Assembly (NCBI GenBank): GCA_951406725.2 | Contig: OX597820.1 | Span: 72,478,001 to 72,542,000 of the forward strand | Origin: Octopus vulgaris | Lineage: Eukaryota | Length of the DNA stretch: 64,000 nucleotides | Reading direction: 5' to 3' | Shown: piece after piece, positions 36,692 to 48,890 of the stretch | How positions within the stretch are numbered: the stretch's first letter is position 1 | Layout: each line of letters starts with the position of its first letter | Program-made: the position numbers and the translations under genes | The notes under the pieces: model-generated | What the model was told of the DNA's origin: nothing | Databases searched by the model: none | Seen by the model: only the letters and a program-made list of their open reading frames with translations

Positions 36692-37023
36692 TAAAAAATG
36701 ATGATCTTGCAGATGGTCGCATATACATATATGTGATTATTAACAAGTGAAACTAATTAGTACATAGGTAATCGTTTTTTAATTCGTATATTTTCATTTG
36801 TCTTGCTTATTTTTTACACTTTGGTTTTTTGCTGAGTTTTTTCTTGAGAACACATTCTTCGTGGAAAATAGCGATTTTGACGTCTATATCTGGCATATTG
36901 ACTCTCCACTTTTAGTGGTCAGTCCTTTAAATTTTGTATGTATAAAATATTTTAATCTTTGGATTTTTTTAATATGCTAGGCCACTGGTTTTAATTGATT
37001 AATATCAATTTTTACCCTTATTC

Positions 37024-37055
<32 letters not shown>

Positions 37056-37095
37056 TACATGTATACACACACACACATATATGTATGCATGTATA

Positions 37096-38446
37096 CGAGG
37101 GGATATGGAAAAGTTCCTGGCTTTAAGGGTATCATTTAAGGCTGGTTGGAAGCCCAAACTTCTGTGTTCTTTCACAGAGCTTAGAAAAACTGAAGAACCA
37201 CTGCAATAAGTATGTGAATCTGAGGGTGGAATATGTTGAATAAAATCATAATTAACTGATCTTCCTGTATTTTCTTTTACCCAAAGCTAGGAACTCTTCG
37301 GCACCCCACCCTCGAATATGTATGTGGGTGTGTTTGTCTGTGCCACAGCTTGATAACAAGTGTTAGTTTGTTTAAGTCTTTCTTCATAAATTAGAAGTCT
37401 GGCAAAAGAGACAAGCAGAATAAGCAGCAGTAGCAGCAGCAGATAAAATAAATAAATAAATAAATTGCTAAAATTGTTGATTTGTTTGACTAAATCTTTA
37501 GAGGAAGCACCCCAGCATATCAGCAATTCAATGACTGAAACAAGTCTAAGACAAAAAAAAAAGATAACAACAAGTATGTAAGTAAGACAGAGAGGTAGAG
37601 GGAGGGAGGGAGAGAGAGAGAGAGAGAAAGAGGAAGTTTCCTTGATGGATGCTTTGATTAGTGACATCACATTAAAAACTAGTCAGATCTAGAGGCAGAA
37701 GAAAATTTGCAGAACAAAGGTATAAATATTAAAAGATTCCCATGCCAGTATTATGTTATAGGCTTAGTATTTCTAATGTTTGTAGTACAAATATATTATG
37801 TTCTGTTCTTAAAACCATTGTTATTCTCCAATGTACCACAAGAGAACAACAATAGTTCATCGTTATGGTGCTTAATAAACTTCCCTTTCATTTTATTCTT
37901 CCAAAAGTTGCATATAGTTACACACATATATGAGGGGGTGCTGAAAAGTTCCTGGCCATAAGGGTATCATAAAAGGTCTGGTCAAAGGCCCAACCTTCTG
38001 TGTTATTTCATAGGGCTTAGAAAAACTGAAGGACAGCTGCAATAAGCGTGTGAATCTGAGAGGGGAATATGTTGGATAAAATCATAATTAACTGATCCTC
38101 TTGTATTTTCTTTTCTCAAAGCCAGGAGCTGTTCAGCACACCTTTATGCCCTCATGCATGTATGTAAACACACATACATACACACACACGTGCATGCACA
38201 CACACGCACAAATACACACATTTATATGAGTGAGTGCTGTAAAGTCCCTCGCTTTAAGGGTATCACAAAAGGTCTGGTTGGAGGCCCAACCTTCTGCTTT
38301 CTTTTACAGGGCTTAGAAAGATTGAAGGACCACTGTAATAAGTGTGTGAATCTGAGAGGGAAATATGTTGAATAAAATCATAATTAATTGATTCTTCTGT
38401 ATTTTCTGTTACCCAAAGACAGGAACTTTTCATCCATCCACCCTCA
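37096..38446 (+). mobile_element. Three same-orientation mariner-derived MITEs (37096-37314, 37931-38144, 38227-38446)
   Basis: TA|cgagggg..tgaaaagttcctggc TIR with inverted copy ccaggaac..ttcagcacc..ctc; interior encodes the mariner C-terminus GLERLKDHCNKCVNLRGKYVE*. Confidence 0.85.
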
Positions 38447-38545
38447 TATACACACATACACACACACACGCATATGTACATTCATACATATGCATACACA
38501 TACACTTACATACAGTTACAAACATATGTATGGAGGTACATACAT

Positions 38546-38945
38546 TCTCTTTTACTCTTCTACTCTTTTACTTGCTTCAGTCAGTTGACTGTAGCCATGC
38601 TGGAGCACCAACTTTAGTCGAACAAATCAACCCCAGGACTTATTCTTTGTAAGCTTAGTACTTATTCTATTGGTCTCTTTTGCTGAACAGCTAAGTTAAA
38701 AGGACGTAAACACACCAATATCAGTTGTCACATGATGGTGGGGGAAAAACACAGACATACAAGCATACATACATACACACACATATATACACACACGATG
38801 GGCTTCTTTCAGTTTCCATCTACCAAATCCACTCACAAGGCTTTGGTTCACCTGAGGTTATAGTAAAAACACTTACACAAAGTGCCATGCAGTGGGACTG
38901 AACCCGGAACCATGTCGTTGGAAAGCAAGTTAATTACCACAATGT
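38546..38945 (-). mobile_element. SINE family A
   Basis: Reverse complement of family A. Confidence 0.8.
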
Positions 38946-39282
38946 GCCTATTCATTGATACATGAATACATACACACATAGATACATACATATATATATA
39001 CATACTCCAGAAGTTTATCATTTAAATATGTATGAGCATATCTATACATGCAACTATATGCATGAGAATACATACATAAAGCAAAACATACAAATCTGCA
39101 CACATACATACATACACACGTACATAAATACATACATACATGCATACATACAAACAAAAATACCCTGCTGTTGTTGTTGACATTCCAATGAAGGAGCCTT
39201 GAATCTAGGCTCTTTCTCTATTGGCAAGAAATCTTGAAATGAATAATAACATGCATGCATACATACATACAACAATTTTATG

Positions 39283-39500
39283 ACAGTGGTGAGCTGGCAG
39301 AAACGTTAGCACACCAGACAAAATGCTTAGCAGTATTTCGTCTATCTTTACATTCTGAGTTCAAATTCCACCCAGGTTGACTTTGCCTTTCATCTTTTTT
39401 TGGGATCAATAAAATATGTACCAGTTGTGTACTAGGGACGATCTAATTGACTGGGCCCCTTCCCCAAAATTTCGGGCCTTGTGCCTAGAATAGAAAAGAA
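39283..39500 (+). mobile_element. SINE family B monomer
   Basis: gagctggcagaaacgttagcac...gagttcaaattcc...gcctttcatc...aaatttcgggccttgtgcctagaatagaaaag. Confidence 0.8.
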
Positions 39501-41003
39501 GTTTATGACATCCTACTTTGAAGGCTACAATCCAAGAACAAGAGATTCCACCCGCTCCATGTACCTGCTATATAAAAGGCAGCAAACATTAACAGACAAC
39601 AAATGTAAAGCTGTGAAAAATTAAATGGTCATGATATCTAGGACCACAAAAACCTGCAAGTCCTTTTTTAGATTTAAAGGATGATGAACAAAACAAGATG
39701 CTCTCCTTAACAACCTTGCTACTGAGAAAAGTTAACTCTAAATTAAAAAGAGAAAAAGAACACACACATACACACGTGTGTGCATACATGTATACATACA
39801 TAGTCACACACTCACACACAAATATATATATATACACACACACATATATATAATCATATACGCATACAATCATGAACACATATACACATACATACATGAA
39901 CACATACAAACATTTATGCACACATGCCTACATACATGACACACACATGTCACATGCATGCATGCACACCTACGTGCCTCCCCACTTACTTACCTATCTA
40001 CTTACCTACCTGCCTGCATACATACATACATACACTTTTGGCTTGGGAAGTTTGTTAACCAAGATGTGTACATACATATCTACACAGACATATGTAAGCG
40101 CACATATACACACACACACAAGCAAAGATGAACACAGACACACAGAAACTAACACATATGCACACTCACACACACACATTTATAGAGACAGACACACACC
40201 CATACATACACACATACTACCCCCCCCCCCCACACCTCTCTCTCACTAATATCATCTTCCATCTTGTGAAATTTAAAACATGCCCTCTAGAAACATTCAT
40301 ATCATCATATAAGACTTCTATATTTTATCCTTTTCAGTTTTTTATCCGTGATATAACTTTATATGTTTTGAATTAATAATTACTGAAATACCTTTTAAAC
40401 ATAAAACTAGCTTCAGTGCAGGTTTTTACAATTTATCCTTAATATTTTTTGAGATACATGTTCATTTTTTCCAGGGAGTATGCAATCTAGTTTTATCATC
40501 TTTTTACTTTTATTTCTGGGGGAAAAAGATGGAAACTGAAAGAAAAATTGTGATACAATTGAATCTGTTGATACTGATCTTATACAGATGAAGCAGTTCA
40601 AGACTGAGACAAACGGAGATGTGTGTATTGCAGATCTGTCTATATAATACCAATGTAAGAGAAATTTATTAACATATAGGTGAAGGTTTGGCTATGTGGT
40701 AAGAAATCTGTTTCTCAACTAGATGGTTCGGGTTCGGTCCCACTGCATGACAATGTGGTCAACTTGGGCAAGTGTTTTCCACTATAGTCTCAGATTTACC
40801 AATGCTTTGTGAGTGGATTCAATAGATGGAAACTGAAAGAAGCCTGCCGTATATTCTTTTACTTGTTTCAGTCATTTGATTGTGGCCATGCTGGGGCATT
40901 GCTTTTAGTTGAGCAAATCGATCCTAGGACTTATTCTTTGTGAGCCTAGTACTTATTCTATCAGCTTCTTTTGCCAATCTGCTAAGTTACAGGGACATAG
41001 AGG

Positions 41004-41062
<59 letters not shown>

Positions 41063-41440
41063 ATGTATACATATACGATGAGCTTCTTACAGTTTCCGTC
41101 AACCAAATCCACAAAGAAGGCTTTGGTTGGCCTGAGGCTATAGTAGAAAACATTTGCCCAAGATGCCACACAGTGGAACGAACCCAGAACCATGTGGCTG
41201 GTATACTACACAGCCACTCCTGCGCCTACATATATATAGCGGGCTTCTTTCAGTTTCTATCTACCAAATCCATTCACAAGCCTTTGGTTGGCCTAAGGCC
41301 ATAATAGAAGACACTTGCCCAAGGTGCCCCACAGTAGGACTGAACTGGGAACCTTGTGGTTGGGAAGCAAGCTTCTTACCACACAGCCACACCTGCACCT
41401 AAAACAAAAATACTTGGAAAGCTTGATGCCAACCTCCACA

Positions 41441-41514
41441 TGCCGAAATCTGGGATTGAACCATGACATCTAGATGTTCAGTCTAACGCTCTCTCCCAAC
41501 TGAGCTATTTCAAC
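41441..41514 (-). pseudogene. tRNA-Phe(GAA) pseudogene
   Basis: Minus strand gttgaaatagctcagttgggagagagcgttagactGAAcatctagatgtcatggttcaatcccagatttcggca aligns to canonical metazoan tRNA-Phe (GCCGAAATAGCTCAGTTGGGAGAGCGTTAGACTGAAGATCTAAAGG...TTTCGGCA) with substitutions and indels. Confidence 0.9.
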
Positions 41515-41523
41515 TGGCTTATA

Positions 41524-41912
41524 TAGGCGCAGGGGTGGCTGTGTGGTAAGTAGCTTGCTAACCAACCACATGGTTCTGGGTTCAGTCCCACTGCGTGGCA
41601 TCTTGGGCAAGTGTCTTCTGCCAATGCCTTGTCAGTGGATTTGGTAGACGGAAACTGAAAGAAGCCTATTGTATATATGTATATATATATATATATGTGT
41701 GTGTTTGTGTGTCTGTGTTTATCCCCCTAGCATTGCTTGACAACCGATGCTGGTGTGTTCACATCCCCGTCACTTAGCGGTTCGGCAAAAGAGACCGATA
41801 GAATAAGTACTGGGCTTACAAAGAATAAGTCCCGGGGTCGATTTGCTCGACTAAAGGCAGTGCTCCAGCATGGCCACAGTCAAAGGACTGAAACAAGTAA
41901 AAGAGTAAAAGA
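41524..41912 (+). mobile_element. SINE family A, full length (small internal deletion)
   Basis: taggcgcaggggtggctgtgtgg...ggttcagtccc...gactgaaacaagtaaaagagtaaaag. Confidence 0.85.
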
Positions 41913-42649
41913 TTATATGTATATAATGGGCTTCTTTCAATTTCCTCCTCCCAATTTGACCTACAATGTTCAGGGTGGGACACCCCCCCCCCCCATGTAA
42001 AGTATGTACTTGTGTTTATGTAATATTATAGGGTGGCACCATTAATGTAGAATGCGACATCTGAGAATTGTTGATGTTGTATGAAATGTGTGACAGTATC
42101 GGTTATTGATTTTGTATTGTCAGTTGTGTTGTTTTATTGGGTGATGATAATTTATTGTTTTGCCGTTTTAATTACAGTTGTGTCATCCTTGACATTGCTC
42201 CTGTTGTTGTTGTTGTTGTTTAAGCTCAAGTAAGCTCCTACTGGGCTGAATTACAATCACAGGTATTCTACCTATGACAAATCTGTCTTTTAGTATATCC
42301 AGAGCATTGTCCAGTTTGTCCTTCCTTTCCTATAAAAGTAGAGAGAATTTGGCTGCTGTTTCTTGCAGGTTGAGCAACTCCATTATTTCATTGTTGTAAT
42401 TGATATGCTGTTGTTATTGATAGTGATGGTGGTGAAGGTGTTGGCGATGGTGGTGCTGACAGTGATAACAATGACGGAAATGAAGAAGATTTGTAGAAAT
42501 AATTTACTCTTTTGCCCCTTCATTTGGGTTTATTGTTGTCTGTGTGTCCCTCTGTTATTCTGATTAGTGCTCTTATAATACAACATCTCAAAAGTGCAAC
42601 CTAACACAAACACTCACACACACATACATACATAAACATGCATATGACA

Positions 42650-42689
<40 letters not shown>

Positions 42690-42889
42690 CAGACAGACAG
42701 ACAGACATACACACACACATATATATATATACATATTAAATTTAATATGTACTGCTCCATATCTTAGAGTGTGAGTCTTCTCTCGGATTTATATTTTTTA
42801 CAGAGGATATATACATATATATACATATGTGTTTGTATACATATATATATACATATGTGTATGTATACATATATATATGCATATATATA

Positions 42890-43421
42890 TATCATCATCA
42901 TCATCATCATCCTCATTTAACGTCCGCTTTCCATGCTAGCATGGGTTGGACGGTTCAACTGGAGTCTGGGGAGCCCGAAGGCTGCACCAGGCCAGTCAGA
43001 TCTGGCAGTGTTTCTACAGCTGGATGCCCTTCCTAACGCCAACCACTCCGAGAGTGTAGTGGGTGATTTTATGTGCCACCGACACAGGTGCCAGACGAGG
43101 CTGGCGAACGGCCACGCTCGGATGGTGTTTTTTATGTGCCACCGACACAGGTGCCAGACGAGGCTGGCAGACGGCCACGCTCGGATGGTGTTTTTATGTG
43201 CCACCGACACAAGTGCCAGATGAGGCTGGCGAACGGCCACGATCGGATGGTGCTTGTTACGTGCCCACAGCACGGAGGCCAGTCGATGCGGTACTGGCTA
43301 CGGCCACGTTCGGATGGTTTTCTTGTGTGCCACCGGCACTGGTACCACAAAGATACAAATTCCATTGATGTTCATCTATTTTGATTTGGTTTGATTTTCA
43401 CTTGCCTCAACAGGTCTTCAA
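42890..43421 (-). mobile_element. RTE LINE 3' UTR (young subfamily), heavily 5'-truncated
   Basis: Nearly identical to 3375-3906 and 30768-31313. Confidence 0.85.
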
Positions 43422-43449
43422 TGTATATTTATACACATGTGTATGTATA

Positions 43450-45670
43450 CATCATCATCATCATCATCATCATTTAGCGTCCGTTTTCCATGCTAGCATG
43501 GGTTGGACGGTTCTACTGGGGTCTGTGAAGCCAGAAGGCTTCATCAGGCCCAGTTAAATCTGGCAGTGTTTCTACGGCTGGATGCCCTTCCTAACGCCAA
43601 CCACTCCGTGAGTGTAGTGGGTGCTTTTTACGTGCCACCCACACTGGTGCCAGACAGAGCTGGCAAACGGCCACGAACGGATGGTGCTTTTTATGTGCCA
43701 CCGGCACGAGGGCCAGGCGAGGCTGGCAACGGACACGAAACGGGGCGGTGCTGGCAACGGTCGCGAAACGGAAAGTTCTCTTACATGCCACCGGCACTGG
43801 TAACACATCTGCAATTTCCATTGATCGATTTCCATTGATCGATTTCGATTCTGATCCTCACTTGCCTCAATGGGTCTTCACAAGCAGAGTTTCGACATGC
43901 CACCGGCACTGGTAGCACATCCGCAATTTCCATTGATCGATTTCGATTCTGATCCTCACTTGCCTCAACACGTCTTCACAAGTAGAGTTTTGTGTCCCAA
44001 GAAGGGAAGGTATGCATACGTAGGCTGGCTCCATCCCATGTAGAAGGCCACGGGTTGTGGACTCACTTGTCCTGCCGGGTCTTCTCGCGCACAGCACACT
44101 TCCAGAGGTCTCGGTCTCTAGTCATTTCCTCAGTGAGACCTAAAGTTCGAAGGTCGTGCTTCACCACCTCGTCCCAGGTTTTCCTGGGTCTGCCTCTTCC
44201 ACAGGTTCCCTCAACCGCTAGGGTGTGGCACTTTTTCACACAACTATCTTCATCCATTCTCGCCACATGACCATACCAGCGCAAACGTCTCTCTTGCACA
44301 CCACAACTGATGCTTCTTAGGTCCAGCTTTTCTCTCAAGGTACTTACACTCTGCCGAGTGTGAGTACCGGCATTACACATCCATCGGAGCATACTGGCTT
44401 CATTTCTAGCGAGCTTACGCATATCCTCAGCAGTCACGGCCCATGTTTCACTGCCATGTAGCATGGCTGTTCGTACACACGCATCATACAGTCTGCCTTT
44501 CACTCTGTGCGAGAGGCCTTTTGTCACCAGCAGAGGTAAGAGCTCTCTGAACTTTGCCCAAGCTATTCTTACTCTAGCAGTTACACTTTCAGCACACCCG
44601 CCCCCGCTGCTGACTTGGTCACCTAGGTAACGGAAACTATCAACTATTTCTAGTTTTTCTCCCTGGAAAGTGACGGAAGTTGGTCTCAGAGCATTTTCAG
44701 TGTTTATTGTTCCTGAGCATCTGCCACATACAAAAACCATCTTCCTAGTTAGCCTTCCTTTGACATTGCTGCATCTCTTATGTGTCCATAGCTTACACTT
44801 GGTGCATCTTATAGAGTTTCTACCTACACCTTTTCTACAGATCGAGCAGGGCCATCTACCTGAAGGTGTTTGTGATTTGTCTACCTTCCTACTGATTACG
44901 ACTTTGGTTTTAGCTAGATTGACTCTGAGGCCCTTCGATTCTAATCCTTGTTTCCACACCTGAAACTTCTCCTCCAGTTCTGATAGCGACTCAGCAATTA
45001 GAGCAAGGTCATCAGCATAGAGGAGCTCCCAAGGGCATCCTGTCTTGAATTCCTCCGTTATTGCCTGGAGGACTATGATAAATAGGAGGGGGCTGAGTAC
45101 TGAGCCTTGGTGGACCCCTACCTCTACCCGGAATTCTTCACTGTACTCATTTCCAACCCTCACCCTACTAGCGGCGTCCCTATACATGGCCCGCACAACT
45201 CTCACTAACCATTCATCTATCCCTAGTTTTCTCATTGCCCACCAGATAAGGGATCGGGGGACCCTGTCGAAGGCTTTCTCCATGTCAACAAAAGCCAGGT
45301 ACAGGGGCTTATCTTTGGCTAGGTATTTCTCCTGCAGCTGCCTTACCAGGAATATAGCATCAGTAGTACTTTTCCCTGGCACAAACCCAAACTGCATCTC
45401 ATCTAAACTAACTCTCTCTCTAATTAGTTGGGCTATGACCCTCTCCGTAACCTTCATCACCTGGTCCAACAGCTTGATACCTCTGTAGTTATTTGTATCT
45501 AGGGCATCACCTTTACCTTTGTAGCAGTTGACTATTATACTGCTACACCAGTCATTGGGTATGACCCCTTTGTGTATCACCTGATTAACTATATGGGTGA
45601 CTAGGCTATAGCCGACACTACCAGACATTTTGAGCATCTCTGCAGTGATTCCTGATGGGCCTGGGGCTTT
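43450..45670 (-). mobile_element. 5'-truncated RTE-clade LINE, young copy
   Basis: Intact RT ORF, ~600-bp 3' UTR, (GAT)n tail; candidate TSD tatgtatacat at 43442-43452 and 45686-45696. Confidence 0.92.
44063..45637 (-). CDS. RTE reverse transcriptase (N-terminally truncated, no endonuclease) with inserted PHD-type zinc finger
   Basis: 524 aa without stops: NYRGIKLL, QFGFVPGKSTTD, FVDMEKAFDRV, GVHQGSVLSPLLF, LLYADD, FRYLG, RLRWYGHV.RM, RGRPRKTW; the frame extends upstream to KAPGPSG at 45670, so the Met is not the true start. Confidence 0.93.
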   Translation of the reverse strand: MLKMSGSVGYSLVTHIVNQVIHKGVIPNDWCSSIIVNCYKGKGDALDTNNYRGIKLLDQVMKVTERVIAQLIRERVSLDEMQFGFVPGKSTTDAIFLVRQLQEKYLAKDKPLYLAFVDMEKAFDRVPRSLIWWAMRKLGIDEWLVRVVRAMYRDAASRVRVGNEYSEEFRVEVGVHQGSVLSPLLFIIVLQAITEEFKTGCPWELLYADDLALIAESLSELEEKFQVWKQGLESKGLRVNLAKTKVVISRKVDKSQTPSGRWPCSICRKGVGRNSIRCTKCKLWTHKRCSNVKGRLTRKMVFVCGRCSGTINTENALRPTSVTFQGEKLEIVDSFRYLGDQVSSGGGCAESVTARVRIAWAKFRELLPLLVTKGLSHRVKGRLYDACVRTAMLHGSETWAVTAEDMRKLARNEASMLRWMCNAGTHTRQSVSTLREKLDLRSISCGVQERRLRWYGHVARMDEDSCVKKCHTLAVEGTCGRGRPRKTWDEVVKHDLRTLGLTEEMTRDRDLWKCAVREKTRQDK

Positions 45671-45690
45671 CAGGAATCACAGAGATATGT

Positions 45691-45752
<62 letters not shown>

Positions 45753-45770
45753 GTATATATATATGTATAT

Positions 45771-45943
45771 AGTTAATCCAAATAAGAAAGCACAAAAAAC
45801 ACAACAACGCGAGGACGTGGAACAAATATAGTATTATTGGAGGACAGAAGCTCTTCGTCGGAAACATAGGAGAAGGAAAGTCCAGAGAAGGGAAGACAGA
45901 GGAAAAAAAAATCCCCAACGGTACACACGCAGTCACATTTTGA

Positions 45944-45945
<2 letters not shown>
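45771..45945 (-). mobile_element. Short (TA)n-embedded element, same family as 13462-13670, with partly deleted hammerhead
   Basis: Shared aaagcacaa..caacaac.cg and gctcttc.tc.gaaac...ggaaagtcca; minus strand GTTT-CCGACGA-A-GAGC followed by a deletion. Confidence 0.55.
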
Positions 45946-45999
<54 letters not shown>

Positions 46000-46021
46000 G
46001 TGTGTGTGTGTGTGTGTGTGT

Positions 46022-46305
46022 GAAGGTGCCTGGTTTAGTGATTAAGGTGTTGCACTCACAATTGCAAGATTGTGGGTTTGACTCCTAGACTGGGCGTTGT
46101 GGTGTGTTCTTGAGCAAAGCACTTCATCTTCATGTTGCTCTGCGATCATTTCGACATCTGACATGTGGCACCCATACAGGTAATGTCAATCTGATGGAGG
46201 GAATAAGCTTATGTCTACAGAAACATTTGATCACTATAAATAAATTGTTTGGTAAGAAATTGTCAAACCCTCGTACATTGTCTAATGACAGGAGAATCCA
46301 TCACT
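46022..46305 (+). mobile_element. SINE family C-type
   Basis: tggtttagtgattaagg (A box), gggtttgactcc (B box), gtgttcttgagcaaagcactt. Confidence 0.65.
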
Positions 46306-46310
46306 ATATA

Positions 46311-46410
<100 letters not shown>

Positions 46411-46421
46411 CATATATATAC

Positions 46422-46459
<38 letters not shown>

Positions 46460-46483
46460 ATACATACATATATATATACATAC

Positions 46484-46514
<31 letters not shown>

Positions 46515-46648
46515 TATACACATATGTAACATAGGGTATAATTATAAACAGGGCAAATTTGAGCTATATATATATATATATCTATATGTATATATATATA
46601 TATATAAGTATATAGCTGATGATGAGCTATATATACATATATATATAT

Positions 46649-46711
<63 letters not shown>

Positions 46712-48046
46712 TGTACATGTATACATATATTTATGTATGTATGTAAAGCAGAGATAAACCTCCATGTCAATATGTTACTGGTCATTGAGTGCTTTTTCAG
46801 ATTGTTGTTGTTATTGTGTTGAAATATTTGACAATGAGGGAAGAAAATAACATTGGTTTTCCTTTAATTAATAATCTTTTCTTGATTCTGGTGTTATTAT
46901 TTCATACTTGACACATTACAGAAAACTCCCAATGCTGTCATTGTGGTTTATTATATTAATCAAAAGAGGAGTTTTTTTGTAGCTGAAAAGCAATGTGTTT
47001 TTCAACAGAGTATTTTTCTGATATGGCAGTTAATGCACAAAGAAATGCGAATAAATTGAATACGGTATGTATTAAGAGCTTGTTGTTTTTTGTTGTTTAA
47101 AGTGGATTTCTTGAATTGAAAATATACTTGTTACGACTGTATTGTTATTGTTGTTATGTAACACTACAAAGAAATAAATATGCAGCGTAAAATGAAGAAC
47201 TCATTCACTTTGTGTTTTTTTTTTTTGTCAATTAGATTCTTTGTTAAAGGACAAAATATAAACATATCGGAAATAAGACCTACCAACTTCCTTCTAAAAT
47301 ATCTAAAACATACGTGGATCAATAAATATTTATTTATTTTTATTAAATGGAAATATGAATGGTTATTTATTGTTGTATCTTAAGCATTATTCCTCCCTAT
47401 AGAAATTCACATATAGACTAAGTGCAATCAAAGCAAACCTCTCAAGGTTATATTGATGGAAATATAATTAAATGACTTCTCAATTGATAAAGAACAACTA
47501 CACTAAAATTCTTAAGTTTGTACATTATTCAAATAATTAGAATATAAATTAGGTGTTCAGCAGAGATTTTCTTTGCAAACAGAAGAAATATACAATTGAT
47601 TTTAGTTAAGTTACGCTTATAACAACGAAATATTTGACACCATCTAACATGTATTGATGTATATTAAATATCAAGCTTTTCTGATTACTAGATAATATTC
47701 TAATAATATAACACTTATTTCCTGTTTATTTGATGATATATTTTATTGGTGCACAGTTTTGAACATCAAACATACACTAATCATACAATGGCAAATCAAT
47801 ACATTTCTTTATAATTAGAGCCTCACCAACCCAAATCTTTCTGATATTTGAACATAAGTCTACATTGTAGTAGTTGCTTCCCCCTTGTGTACCAAATTCC
47901 ATAAATTACAGTCCAACCTTGACCTTCCCACTACAAAACATTTGCTATTCTATTCTTCTCTGTGATACAAATCTCTCCACCTCTGTCAATAACCTACAAT
48001 GATGTCCAGTCTATATTTTATATTTTACTTTCCTTAAGAAGTACCT

Positions 48047-48352
48047 TGTGGAGGCACATGGCCTAGTGAATGGAACAGCGAACTCATTGGTCGAGGGATT
48101 GTGGGTTCGAATCTCAGACCAGGTGATGCGTGTGTTTATGAGTGAAATGCCTAAGCTCTCTGTGGCTCCAGCAGAAGGTAATGGCGAACTTCTGCTGACT
48201 CTTTCGCCACAACTTTCTCTCACTCTTTCCTCCTGCATCTTGCAGCTCACGTGCGATGGACCGATGTCCCATCCAGTGGGGGAACCTGTATGCCAGTGAA
48301 ACCAGGACACAAGCCCTTATGAGCCAGGCATGGCTTGAGAAGGAACAAACAG
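48047..48352 (+). mobile_element. tRNA-headed SINE (distinct family)
   Basis: ggaggcacatggcctagtg (A box) and gggttcgaatctc (B box); body ends ggcttgagaaggaacaaaca. Confidence 0.6.
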
Positions 48353-48375
48353 TAAGAACAAGAAGTACCTTATCT

Positions 48376-48890
48376 TCTATCTTTTACTTGTTTCAATCAT
48401 GCTTTGGTCATGCTGGGGCACTGCCTCAAAGGGCTAAGCAAATTGGCCCCAGGACTTATTTTTTAAGTCCAGTCCTTATTTTGTTGGTCTCTTTTGTTGA
48501 GCTGCTATGTCACAAAGTTGTAGATAAGCCAATACTGGTTGTCAAGAAGCGTGGAGTACAAGCACAGACACAAACACACAAAGATACATTCACACACACA
48601 CAAAGACACACAAACACAAAGATACACACACACACACAGACACACATGCACATACACAAAGGCATACACACACAAACATAGAGACACACACACAGACACA
48701 CACTCACAACCACATACACACAATGATGGGCTTTCACACAGTTTCCATCTACCAAATCCATGCACAAGCAAAAGGTTATCCTGGGCTATAGTGGAAGACA
48801 GATGCCCAAGGTGCTTGTACTGGAACTAAACACAAAACGATGGGGTTGGGTGCAAAGCAAGTTTCTTAACTCCACAGCAATGCCTGTGTC
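48376..48890 (-). mobile_element. SINE family A, older copy with expanded internal (CA)n
   Basis: Tail, microsatellite and head recognisable on the minus strand. Confidence 0.7.

Noticed and set aside
39183-39215. ccaatgaaggagccttgaatctaggctc as a hammerhead
   Set aside because: Core mutated and GAAA absent; at best a deleted remnant.
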